A program made the translations under genes and the position numbers. DNA of 27,243 nt from an uncultured Pseudomonadota bacterium (GTDB taxonomy: Bacteria > Myxococcota_A > Polyangia > Fen-1088). Every line of letters begins with the position of its first letter. Within the stretch, counting starts at the first letter, position 1. The stretch is from NCBI GenBank assembly GCA_963847705.1, contig CAWKBC010000026.1, forward strand, positions 1-27,243, written 5' to 3'. The notes below the pieces were generated by a model. The model saw only the letters and a list, made by a program, of their open reading frames with translations. It was not told the origin of the DNA and did not search any database. This document shows, one piece after another, positions 14,970 through 23,889 of the stretch.

Positions 14970-16038
14970 ATGCGCGCTGTAATTGCAGTTTTGCCCGGTG
15001 ACGGAATTGGTCCGGAGGTCGTCGATCAGGCCCGCCGCGTGCTGTCGGCGGTGAGCGAGAAGTGGGGACACACCTTCACGCTGAACGACGCCGCCATCGG
15101 CGGGATCGCCATCGACCAGACCGGGTCGGCGCTGCCGCCGGAGACGCTGGAGATCGCGCGCGCGGCGGACGCCGTGCTGCTGGGCGCCGTGGGCGGCCCC
15201 AAGTGGGACGATCCGCGCGCCAAGGTGCGCCCCGAGCAGGGCCTGCTGGCGATTCGCAAGGCGCTCGGTCTTTACGCCAACCTGCGCCCCGTCTCGGTCA
15301 ACCCCAACGTCGTGCACGCCTCGCCGCTGCGTCCCGAGCTCTTGGCCGGCGTCGACATGATCGTCGTGCGCGAGCTGACCGGCGGGATCTACTTCGGCGA
15401 CAAGCTGCGCGACGGCGACCGCGCATCGGATCTCCTGCGTGTACACCGTCGCCGAGGTCGAGCGCATCGTCCGCACGGCGGCGCGCATCGCCCGCGGGCG
15501 TCGCAAGAAGCTCACCTCCGTCGACAAGGCCAATGTGCTCGAGACGTCGCGTCTGTGGCGCGAGGTCACGGTGCGGGTGATGGCCGAGGAGTTCCCCGAC
15601 GTGGCGCTCTCGCACATGCTGGTCGACGCCTGCGCCATGCATCTCATTCGCCGCCCGGCCGACTTCGACGTGATCGTCACCGAGAACATGTTCGGCGACA
15701 TCCTCACCGATGAGGCGTCGATGCTGGCTGGCTCGATGGGGCTGCTCCCCTCGGCGTCGCTCGGCGAAGGGAAACGCGGCCTCTACGAGCCGATCCATGG
15801 CTCCGCGCCCGACATCGCGGGCAAAGGGGTGGCCAACCCGTACGCCACGATCCTCAGCGTCGCGCTGCTGTTCCGCTACTCGCTGGGTCTCGAGGCCGAG
15901 GCGCGCGCGATCGAGGCGGCGGTGGCGGCGGCGATCGGCAAGGGCATCCTGACCGGAGATCTCGCGCCCGCGGGGACGGCGCCTGCGACGACGGCGACCG
16001 CGGGCGACGCGGTGCTGGCGGCGCTGCAGCGCAGCTAA
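14970..16038 (+). CDS. leuB: 3-isopropylmalate dehydrogenase with a +1 frameshift near 15434 (probable sequencing indel)
   Basis: GGAGGA RBS and ATG at 14970. First frame: [34 protein letters not shown]. Second frame: [31 protein letters not shown]. Removing one C from GATCTCCTGCGTG restores D-L-C-V-Y-T. Confidence 0.95.
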
Positions 16039-16352
16039 CCGCTGGCGTTCTGGCGCGGCTCCTTCGGCCGTTCCGGGCCCCGGCGCCCCCTCGACAGCCA
16101 AAGGCCAAGCTGTTAAATTTTAGCCAGTCAAGCCCGAGTCTTTCCGGTGCTACGTTCGTCGCCCCCCGTTCTCGCTCTCGGCCCGGCCGGTGCTGATCCC
16201 GACCGCGCGTCGTGGCAGCTGCGCGCATCGCCGCCGTCGACCTTCGGGTCCGGCGCGTCCCGACGGCGGTCGTCCGTCGCCCAGTTTTCCCCCTAGTTGG
16301 TGCCCGAGACGCGCCTAACCGCCGAATCCGTGCAACGAAGGAGAGAGAAGAG

Positions 16353-16784
16353 ATGGGAACTAGGCTCTACGTGGGAAACTTGTCGTACAACGTGACCGAG
16401 CCCGAGCTGCGAGACGCCTTCGCTGAAGATGGCCGCAACGTGGTGGAGGTGAAGATCGTGATGGACCGCGACACCGGTCGTCCGCGCGGATTCGCGTTCG
16501 TGGAGATGGGCAGCGACCAGGAGGCGGCGGCCGCGATCTCCTCGCTGACCGGCCGCGACATCCAGGGACGCGCCATCAACGTGAGCGAGGCGCGTGAACG
16601 TGCCCCGCGCGGCGGTGGCGGCGGCGGATATGGGGGCGGCGGCGGAGGCTACGGGGGCGGGGGTGGCGGTGGTGGCTACGGTGGCGGGGGTGGTGGCTAC
16701 GGCGGTGGCGGCGGTCGGGGCCGGGGCGGAGAGGGAGGCGGCGGTGGCGAAGGCCGCGGCCGCTCTCGTCGCGGCGGCTGGTAG
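16353..16784 (+). CDS. RRM (RNP-1) RNA-binding protein with Gly-rich tail
   Basis: RNP2 LYVGNL, RNP1 RGFAFVEM, DRDTGRPR and NVSEARER, then (GGGGGGY)n and RGG. Purine-rich RBS before ATG 16353. Confidence 0.97.
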   Translation: MGTRLYVGNLSYNVTEPELRDAFAEDGRNVVEVKIVMDRDTGRPRGFAFVEMGSDQEAAAAISSLTGRDIQGRAINVSEARERAPRGGGGGGYGGGGGGYGGGGGGGGYGGGGGGYGGGGGRGRGGEGGGGGEGRGRSRRGGW

Positions 16785-16900
16785 AAGCCGGTTTTTTCCG
16801 GGAAGCGCGCCCGTGATCTGTCGTGGTCCGCAAGGGACCAGCACCCTGGCGCGCTCGACTCTGGCGGCGGGGCCAGTCTAACCTGGCCGCGCTGCGGCCC

Positions 16901-17593
16901 TCAGGCCAGCGCGCGCAGGCCTTCCTGGTCAGCGAGAATGACCCGACGGCCCTCGGTCTGAATCAGACCCTTGCGCTTGAACTGCGAGAGCGTCAGCGAG
17001 ACCGTCTCGCGGGTGGAGCCGATCAGGTTGGCCATCTCTTGATGCGTGATCTTGAGACCGACGACCACGCCCCGCTGGTCCAGAACGCCGTGCTCTTGAC
17101 CGAGGCTGAGCAGCAGCTCGGCCAGCTTGGCCCCGACGTCCTTGAAGATCAGCTGCTCGACGCGCGACTCGAGATCCTTGCGGCGCGCGATGAGCGCGCG
17201 CGCGAACTTGTAGGCCGCCCCGCCGTCGTTCCTCAGCACCTCGTCCAGCGCCTCGCGCTGGATCTCGACGGTCGTCGAGGCGTCCATCGCCTCGGCCATC
17301 TCCTCGCGCGGCCCTCCGTCCAGGAGGCAAGGCTCGCCAAAGAAATCGCCCTCATTGCGGTAGGCGAGCGTCAGCTCCTTGCCGTCGCGGGTGACCTTTG
17401 AAATCTTGATTCTTCCGCTGGTCAGGAAGTGGACCGCCTGTGCCCGGTCTCCCGGAAGGTAGATGACCTGACGCGGGCGGTAATTCCCGATCGTCAACCC
17501 GGGCAGCACCGCCTGGAGGGTGTCGAGGGGGCTCTCGGCCAGCACCTCGCATTTGCGCAAAAGGCCTATTACTTCCTTGTCGTCCGCCGGCAT
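16901..17593 (-). CDS. Crp/Fnr family transcriptional regulator, MrpC-like
   Basis: cNMP-binding fold (IYLPGD, SGRIKI, GDFFGE, PREEMAEA) and Crp HTH ITHQEMANLIGSTRETVS. The EEMAxA and L.FKDV.A.LA..LL.L...HG segments recall myxobacterial MrpC; orthology is unverified. Confidence 0.92.
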   Translation of the reverse strand: MPADDKEVIGLLRKCEVLAESPLDTLQAVLPGLTIGNYRPRQVIYLPGDRAQAVHFLTSGRIKISKVTRDGKELTLAYRNEGDFFGEPCLLDGGPREEMAEAMDASTTVEIQREALDEVLRNDGGAAYKFARALIARRKDLESRVEQLIFKDVGAKLAELLLSLGQEHGVLDQRGVVVGLKITHQEMANLIGSTRETVSLTLSQFKRKGLIQTEGRRVILADQEGLRALA

Positions 17594-17650
17594 TCTGACG
17601 CGGTTGTAGCATGAGAAGCGGTTCGGGTAGTGAAAAGTTAGTGAAGTAGG

Positions 17651-19681
17651 CTACATACCGCTCCGCGTCTCGGTGCGCCCAGTCGCGGCCCGTCTCATCA
17701 GCAAGATCCCGATCGACAAGACGGCAGCACCGAGCGTGCCGAGGAGAAGCTTCGTGCTCGTCGGCAGCGCATCGGTGTCGTCGGCGTGCAGGCGCGCCAG
17801 GAGGATGAGGCTGGCGTTGTTCACGAAGTGAGCCACCATGGCCGGGATGATCGAATCGCTGGCGAGCGCGATCCCCGAGAGCGCCACGCCCAGAATTGCG
17901 GTCGGCAGGAGGCGCCAGGGATCGAGGTGGTAGATGCCGAACAGCAGCCCGGTCAGGATCGCGCTGCCGGCCGGCGAGAGTCTGGTCCGGAAGCCGCGCA
18001 GGATGGGACCACGGAAGAGCGCCTCTTCGCAGATCGCCGGCGTCAGCGCCATCAGCAACAGGGTCACCAGCGTGCCGCGGCCGCCGTCGGCCGGGGCGAC
18101 GGCGCGGCGCAGCCCCTCGACCACCTCCTTGGGCGCCGGGAGGATCCACTCGGCGAGGAGGCCGACGACCAGCCAGGCGGACAGCCCAATCAGCACGGCG
18201 CCGGCGACCGCCGTCGGTGGCGGGGCGACGGCGCGGATGACCCGCGACAGCTTCTGTCCGCGTCCGCGGGCGTAGAGCCAGGTCAGGCCGCCGAGCCCCG
18301 CCCATTCGGACAGCGCCAGCCCGGGTCCGAGCCGCCAGCTCTGCAGCGGAACGAAGACGAAGAGAAGCAGGACGCAGGCGACTCCATAGAGGGCGAGCGC
18401 GTGGCCGGCGGACGGCGGTTCGTCCGCCGTGCCCGCGCCGGCGTCGGCCGAGCCGCCCTGGCCGCTCACGACGTGGCGGAGCCAGGCTCCGAGACCGAGG
18501 CTCGCCTCGTCGGTGAAGAACAACCGTTCGGAGTCGTAGAGCCGCGCCGCGAGCGCCAGCGCGGCCGCACCGTAGAGCGCGGTGCTGCAGAGGACCGCCA
18601 GCGTCACGCCGAGCGACGCATGTCCGAGAATGAGATCGCGCGCCAGCAGCGTCACGCCGACGCCTGGAACCCAGGCGGTCACGCCGCCCAGCCGGAAGTC
18701 GCCCAGGCCGGCGGTCAACGCGGGCGCCATGCAGAGAAAGTAGACCGGCGTCAGGAGCGTCTGCGCTTCCTTGAAGCTGCGCGCGAGCGCGCCGATCGCC
18801 ACCATCACCGAGGCGAACAGAAACGCGGTCGGGGGGACGACCGCGAAGGCGGCCGCCGCGCGCAGCCAGGGGATCGGGGCCTTTGCTCCGCCCGCGATGA
18901 GGTGCGTCCCTTCGAGGACGGTCAAGGACATCGACGCCAGGTTGAGGACACCCGTGAGCGACGCCAGGGTGGCGACGGCGAGCACCTTGCCCCCCATGAG
19001 AGACGCCCGATCGATCGGCGCCGACAACGTCGTCTCGAGCGTGCTTCGCTCGCGCTCTCCCGCGGTGATGTCGATCGCCGGGTGAAACGCCCCCAGCATC
19101 ACCATCACCACCACCACCAGGGGCAAGACCTTGGAGAGCATGTAGCCGCTCACCTGCGCGCGCGCGGCGATGCCGGTGGTGGCGACGGCGAACGCCGGCT
19201 TGCAATTCGCGCCGCCCGCGGGGGCGGCCAGAGCCTGCTCGATCCGGTCACGCGCGGCGGTCGACTCCTCGCGGGTCTCGTCGTAAAGGAGGCGCACCTC
19301 GGGCGGCTTCCCGGTCGCCCCGGGCTTCACCTGCGCGATGGCGTCGACGCGGCCGGCGGCGAGATCTGCACGAGCGGATTGCTCAGCCGTGTCGGCGCGA
19401 ACAGCGGTGTCGGATTGTCCGCCGCTCCCCACGACGACCAGCTCGGCGCTGGCGAGCCGGCGGCGCAGCTCGCCGGCGAGCGCAGGCGGCCCGCTCACCG
19501 CGACCCGCGCCACATGCGCCTCGATCCGGGCCACCCGCGCGGCCAGAACCTGCGCCGTCACCAGAGACACCAGCGGATAGATCACCAGCGGGAACAGCAC
19601 CATCACCGCCAGCGTGCGCCGGTCGCGCAATGTCTCGCGCAGCTCCTTCCCCGCGACCAGCATCACCTCGCGGAGCTTCAC
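17651..19681 (-). CDS. ABC-2/NatB-like permease fused to a CPBP (CAAX/Abi) intramembrane metalloprotease
   Basis: KELRETLRDRRTL, AGERERSTLETTL and ARSFKEAQ (NatB). C-terminal CPBP motifs CEEALFRG, FGIYH and HFVNN. The GTG start overlaps the ATPase stop. Confidence 0.92.
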   Translation of the reverse strand: MKLREVMLVAGKELRETLRDRRTLAVMVLFPLVIYPLVSLVTAQVLAARVARIEAHVARVAVSGPPALAGELRRRLASAELVVVGSGGQSDTAVRADTAEQSARADLAAGRVDAIAQVKPGATGKPPEVRLLYDETREESTAARDRIEQALAAPAGGANCKPAFAVATTGIAARAQVSGYMLSKVLPLVVVVMVMLGAFHPAIDITAGERERSTLETTLSAPIDRASLMGGKVLAVATLASLTGVLNLASMSLTVLEGTHLIAGGAKAPIPWLRAAAAFAVVPPTAFLFASVMVAIGALARSFKEAQTLLTPVYFLCMAPALTAGLGDFRLGGVTAWVPGVGVTLLARDLILGHASLGVTLAVLCSTALYGAAALALAARLYDSERLFFTDEASLGLGAWLRHVVSGQGGSADAGAGTADEPPSAGHALALYGVACVLLLFVFVPLQSWRLGPGLALSEWAGLGGLTWLYARGRGQKLSRVIRAVAPPPTAVAGAVLIGLSAWLVVGLLAEWILPAPKEVVEGLRRAVAPADGGRGTLVTLLLMALTPAICEEALFRGPILRGFRTRLSPAGSAILTGLLFGIYHLDPWRLLPTAILGVALSGIALASDSIIPAMVAHFVNNASLILLARLHADDTDALPTSTKLLLGTLGAAVLSIGILLMRRAATGRTETRSGM

Positions 19682-20443
19682 CGCGCCGTCCCCGCCACGC
19701 CGGGCGCGTCGACGGCGCCGACCAGACGCAGGAATGCCTCTTCCAGGCTGGGGGCCTCGCCGGCCATCGCCCGGAGCGCCGCCGGGGTCCCCTCGGCCAG
19801 GAGGCGCCCATGGTGCAGGAGCCCGATCCGATCGCAGAGCAGCTCCGCCTCGGCCAGGTAGTGGGTGGAAAAGACCACCGCCTTGCCGCGGTCGCGCTCG
19901 GCCCGAACGAAGGCGCGCAGGAAGCGCGAGGCCAGGACGTCGAGGCCAGCGGTCGGTTCGTCGAGGACCATGACCGCGGGATCGTGGAGCATGGCGCGCG
20001 CGATGGAGAGCCGCTGGCGCTCACCGGTCGAGAGCGCCTCGCAGCGGCGTCCGAAGAACGGAGCGAGATCGAGCGCCCGCGCCAGCACGGCGACGCGCGC
20101 GTCGGCCTCCGCGGCCCGGAGGCCATGCAGGCGCGCGACGTAGTCGAGCAGCTCGCGACCGGTCAGCCGCGCGTAGAGCCCGGTGGTGTTGGTCAGAAAG
20201 CCGAGCCGCCGCCTCACCTCCTGCGGATCGGCGGCCACGTCGATCCCGGCGACGCGCGCGCGCCCGCTGGTCGGCGTCAGAATCCCCGCCAGGACCCGGA
20301 GGGTGGTGGTCTTGCCGGCCCCGTTCGGTCCGAGGAGACCATAGAATCTCGCCCGCGGCGACGGAGAAGGAGAGATCGGCGACCGCGGTCTTGGCGGCAA
20401 AGCGCTTGACCAGCGAATCGACGACGACGGCTGGGTCGCCCAT
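19678..20443 (-). CDS. ABC transporter ATP-binding protein (NatA-like) with a +1 frameshift near 20346
   Basis: ATG at 20443 reads MGDPAVVVDSLVKRF...AAGEI. A second frame continues YGLLGPNGAGKTT (Walker A), LSTGERQR, VLDEPT and FSTH. Removing one T from GAGATTCTAT restores GEIYG. Confidence 0.93.
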
Positions 20444-20482
20444 GGGTCGCCGAGGATAGCGCGTCGGCGCCGGGCCCGCGGC

Positions 20483-22477
20483 CTAGCAGCCGCCGGCGGC
20501 GCAGTAATATTCGTTGGCGGGGAACGTCCGCGCCTGGCAGCTCCCGAGCGCCGCCGTGTTGGTGGTCGGATCGAATGTGCCGGTGCAGTTCGGCGGCGCG
20601 CCTGCGCTCGAGGGCGGGGCCGCACAGAACCCCGAGGGATCGTCGTACTGGATGTAGACGCGGATCGGGTTCGAGACGCTCTTGGCGCCAGCCAGATCGG
20701 CGGTGGCGACGGCGATGCAGGCCCACCCCTCCGGGATGTTGTTGGCCAGCGCGTCGAACTGGTTGCCGAGGCAACGGTCGGAATCGATCGGCTCCACCGA
20801 CCAGATGGCAGGATCGTTGTCGGCATAGCCGATGGCGATGGTCGGCTGGCCGCTCAGGCACAGCTCCTTGGGCGGCGCGGTGGCTGTCCCCTCCCCGCAA
20901 GGCGCGCTCGAGGGGAGCGTGCTGTCTGGGCGGAAGTCGGCGCTTCCCGCGGGCGGTACGCCCGCCAGCCGGATCTGGAGCACCTGGTTGGATTGTGTCG
21001 GCGGGCTGCTGGTCGGGACCAGCAGCGGATTGATCGCGTCGCAGGTCCCGTCACCGTCGGTGTCGACCGCCAGCGGGGGCGCGTTGGGGTCGCTGGGGTC
21101 GACGACGTGCCAGACGTAGATGTTGGTGTTGTCGGGATCGATGCCCGCGATCGGGACCACCTTGAGCCCGACGGCGCGGTTGCCGTCGTCCTCGATGCGG
21201 GCCCGCAGATCGAACACCTGCGGCACCAGGCAGTTGTCGTTGGGCATGTCGCCCACGGACCTGTTCAAGCTGAGCGGATCGAAGGCGAACGAGCACTCGT
21301 ATCCGGCCACGCCCAGGCGCCGGCCGCGCATCTGGGGGGGATCGAGATCGGCGACCGGTGGGACGTTGTCGACGGAGATGTCGTAGCCGACCACGCTCTG
21401 GTTCCCCACCAGGTCGACGGCGCGGAAAGAGATCGTCGGATAGACGATGCAGAGGCTGGTCGCCGGAGGGGGCTGGCAACCCGTGAGGTTGGCCGTGTCG
21501 AACAGGGTGCTGTAGCTGCCGGTCGAATCGAGGGCGAGGTTCAGCGTGAACACCGGGTTGCCGGCCTGGTCGCCGATGACCGCGATGACCGACGAGGCGA
21601 GCACGCCCGATTCGTCGCTGACCTCGGCCGAAATGGAGACCACGCCGCCCACGATGTCGCCGGCCGCGGGGAACGTCTTGCTGATGGTCGGCCCGGTGGT
21701 GTCGATGGTGAACGTCCGCTTGACCTCCGAGGTGGTGTGGCCGTCGCTCTCGGTGACGTCGAGGAGCTGCACGCCGGAGAGCGGCGGAAACGCCAGCACC
21801 GGCGGGACTGGCGGAGTGCTCGGACCGAACGCGATGGTCGCTTGATAGGTGTCGTACGTCCCGGGCGAGGTTCCCTGGCTCGCCAGCATGAGCGCCGACG
21901 CCGTCACGGGCATGCCGGCCACCGTCACCGTGGGGGGCATGGCGCCGGGATCGACCAGAATCTCGATCGTCACGCTGCCACTATAGGACTGCCCCTCGAC
22001 CGGCGATGTGACGATGAGCGTCGGCCCTGCGGTGATCATGATCGGGACCGTGTCCTGTCCGGTGGCTCCGCCGGAGCTCGCCGCAGATACCGTGAGCGTG
22101 TAGGTCCCGCCCGGAAGCGCGCCGATGCTGAGCGTCCCCGAGTAGCTCGCACCGTCCGAGGAGACCAGCTGGCCGACGGCGAGGGGGGTGCTCCCGCTGA
22201 CCGCCGTCAACGTGACGGTGACGCTGCTGTTGTCGATGACGTCGCTGCCGCTGTCGTGCACGGTGGCGCTCACCGCCAGGGCGCTGTTTTGGCTCACCAT
22301 CGCCATGGCGGTCGGCGAGGTGATGGTCACCTCGACCGTTCCGTTCGGCGCGCTGCCGCCGGTCCCGCCGCTTCCGCCGCCGTCGCTTGGCGGGAGAAAG
22401 TTGTTGTTGTTCTCTTTCGATGAGCAGGCGAGCGGGCCGAGGAGCGCCAGCGCCAGCAGAACGCGCTTGGGGCTCAC
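20483..22477 (-). CDS. Large Cys-rich lipoprotein with tandem Ig-like (Big) domains
   Basis: GTG at 22477 overlaps the upstream TGA (GTGA). Lipobox LGPLA-C. Ig-like repeats VTITSP, LIVTSP..G, IDTTGP.I...P..GD and AVD.VGN......VDNVPP. Contains DTDGDGTCD and a Cys-rich C-terminal half. Confidence 0.8.
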   Translation of the reverse strand: MSPKRVLLALALLGPLACSSKENNNNFLPPSDGGGSGGTGGSAPNGTVEVTITSPTAMAMVSQNSALAVSATVHDSGSDVIDNSSVTVTLTAVSGSTPLAVGQLVSSDGASYSGTLSIGALPGGTYTLTVSAASSGGATGQDTVPIMITAGPTLIVTSPVEGQSYSGSVTIEILVDPGAMPPTVTVAGMPVTASALMLASQGTSPGTYDTYQATIAFGPSTPPVPPVLAFPPLSGVQLLDVTESDGHTTSEVKRTFTIDTTGPTISKTFPAAGDIVGGVVSISAEVSDESGVLASSVIAVIGDQAGNPVFTLNLALDSTGSYSTLFDTANLTGCQPPPATSLCIVYPTISFRAVDLVGNQSVVGYDISVDNVPPVADLDPPQMRGRRLGVAGYECSFAFDPLSLNRSVGDMPNDNCLVPQVFDLRARIEDDGNRAVGLKVVPIAGIDPDNTNIYVWHVVDPSDPNAPPLAVDTDGDGTCDAINPLLVPTSSPPTQSNQVLQIRLAGVPPAGSADFRPDSTLPSSAPCGEGTATAPPKELCLSGQPTIAIGYADNDPAIWSVEPIDSDRCLGNQFDALANNIPEGWACIAVATADLAGAKSVSNPIRVYIQYDDPSGFCAAPPSSAGAPPNCTGTFDPTTNTAALGSCQARTFPANEYYCAAGGC

Positions 22478-23235
22478 TGCGACGCCGCCACCGTCGGCGG
22501 ACAGATGAGCGCGCCGTCCTGCGTGCAGCAGTCGACCGGCGCGTCTTGCGCAGGATTGCAGGCGTTGCCCAGGTTGGTGGGCGCGCTGGTGAAGGGGCAG
22601 GCGTGAACAGTGGCGACCAGGCATCCGACGCAGAGCTCGAGCGGGAAGTTGAACGGATCCGATTGCATCTCGGTTCCGAAGGTGGTGGTCCCCAGGGCCT
22701 GGATGCGCAGGTTGAGGGTCGCCGAGGGATCACTGCTGACGCCGCCCTCATTGAGGAGCTGCTCGGCGAGGGCGACCGGGAAGGCGTTGACGATGGCGTT
22801 GATCTGGCCGCCGCCCGATGCCACGCCGCCTGACCAGGCCGTCTTGAAGTGGGCCAGGGCGTTGCCCGCGAGCACGGTGTTCGTGCCGGTCGAGGTGCCG
22901 GAGAGAGGCGTGATGTCGATGTTGAAGCCGCTCAGCTGAATCTGATTGGGATCCTGGGCGCCGTTCTTCGCGCCCGGGAGATTGTTCTCGATGAGCGGAA
23001 AGAAGAGATAGGCGGCGTCGGCGTTGCTGCGGACGATGCTGAGGTCGAGGCGGCCCGCACCCTGATAGAGAACGGCGTCGACGGGAACCGTGCAGCCTCC
23101 CCCGGCGCCCACGGTGGGGACCTGGTCGTTCAGGATCTCGAACTGTCCCGGCACGCGCCCGCAGGCGGCGAAGACCAGCGGCCAGAGCACGGCGACGAGC
23201 GAGAGCGGCCGGCGAAGCGTCGGAGAGGCGTTCAT
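22474..23235 (-). CDS. Hypothetical Cys-containing lipoprotein
   Basis: GGAG RBS, ATG at 23235 and lipobox VFAA-C. C-terminal FNFPLELCVGCL...C...CNPAQD..VDCC pattern, a type I recall from myxobacterial lipoproteins. Confidence 0.8.
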   Translation of the reverse strand: MNASPTLRRPLSLVAVLWPLVFAACGRVPGQFEILNDQVPTVGAGGGCTVPVDAVLYQGAGRLDLSIVRSNADAAYLFFPLIENNLPGAKNGAQDPNQIQLSGFNIDITPLSGTSTGTNTVLAGNALAHFKTAWSGGVASGGGQINAIVNAFPVALAEQLLNEGGVSSDPSATLNLRIQALGTTTFGTEMQSDPFNFPLELCVGCLVATVHACPFTSAPTNLGNACNPAQDAPVDCCTQDGALICPPTVAASQ

Positions 23236-23325
23236 TTCGTGGCTCCAGGGATGCGCTCGCGCCGGGCGCGAACACGTGAGGAACAGCATTTGACTTGCAG
23301 ATCGAATCCGCGCTCTATGGAACCA

Positions 23326-23493
23326 ATGATGACGATTCCTCGATTGCTGCGGCTCGCGGACGATTCATCGGGAGCAACCGCCGTCGAGTATGCGCTCATC
23401 GTGAGTGCCATCGCCGGCCTCGTCGCAGGCGTAGTGTACTTTCTCGGCGCGAAGTCCAACAACCTTTACAACAACGTCTCCCAGGGTTGGTGA
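23326..23493 (+). CDS. flp: Flp family (Tad) pilin 1
   Basis: DDSSG/ATAVEYALI cleavage and Flp motif, hydrophobic helix, ~55 aa. Start could be 23317, 23326 or 23329. Confidence 0.9.
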   Translation: MMTIPRLLRLADDSSGATAVEYALIVSAIAGLVAGVVYFLGAKSNNLYNNVSQGW

Positions 23494-23616
23494 GCGCCGG
23501 CGCGGCGTTGGCCGCGCGCTGCTGTAGGTGGATCGGCGACTCACGGGCTCTTGCTCCCACCGGGTCTGCCGAGCGCAAGATATCGCTAAAGGTCGCCTTG
23601 TCCCCGGTCGATGCAT

Positions 23617-23632
23617 TGTCATGGCACTCACA
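23617..23632. promoter_or_regulatory. Candidate CRP-family binding site upstream of flp2
   Basis: TGTCA-TGGCAC-TCACA matches 9 of 10 positions of TGTGA-N6-TCACA. Confidence 0.5.
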
Positions 23633-23726
23633 CGAATTCTGAATGTAGTGCCAGAAGCGCCCGATGATGGTCGGTCTGATTCGGGCAACGAGACGACCTG
23701 ACCAACCCCCCGAAGGAGAGACTCCA

Positions 23727-23888
23727 ATGCTCAAGAACGTAGTCAAGCTGTTCAAGGATGAAGAGGGTGCCACCGCCGTCGAGTACGGTCTCATCGTGGC
23801 CGCCATCGCCGGTCTCATCATCGCCGTCGTGTTCGTGCTCGGCGGCAAGGTGAAGAACAACTTCAACAACGTTCAAGCCGTGATGTAA
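23727..23888 (+). CDS. flp: Flp family (Tad) pilin 2, probable major pilin
   Basis: AAGGAG RBS. Sequence MLKNVVKLFKDEEG/ATAVEYGLIVAAIAGLIIAVVFVLGGKVKNNFNNV, with strongly biased codons. Confidence 0.96.
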   Translation: MLKNVVKLFKDEEGATAVEYGLIVAAIAGLIIAVVFVLGGKVKNNFNNVQAVM

Positions 23889-23889
23889 C

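Noticed and set aside
13128-15707. 859-aa - strand ORF
   Set aside because: Antisense shadow of nadE and leuB.
14970-20443. leuB and the ABC ATPase as true pseudogenes or programmed frameshifts
   Set aside because: Each has a single indel, no slippery heptamer and no other decay. Sequencing error is more parsimonious.
20483-20500. C-terminal GGC as a MYXO-CTERM sorting signal
   Set aside because: No hydrophobic helix or Arg cluster follows, even when reading past the stop codon.
23622-23653. TGGCAC as a sigma54 -24 element (both strands; also at about 1425)
   Set aside because: No TTGC/GC at the required -12 spacing.
23654-23726. c-di-GMP riboswitch ahead of flp2
   Set aside because: Only a simple hairpin; the GEMM features (GGCAAAC...GAAA...GACGCAAAGC) are missing.
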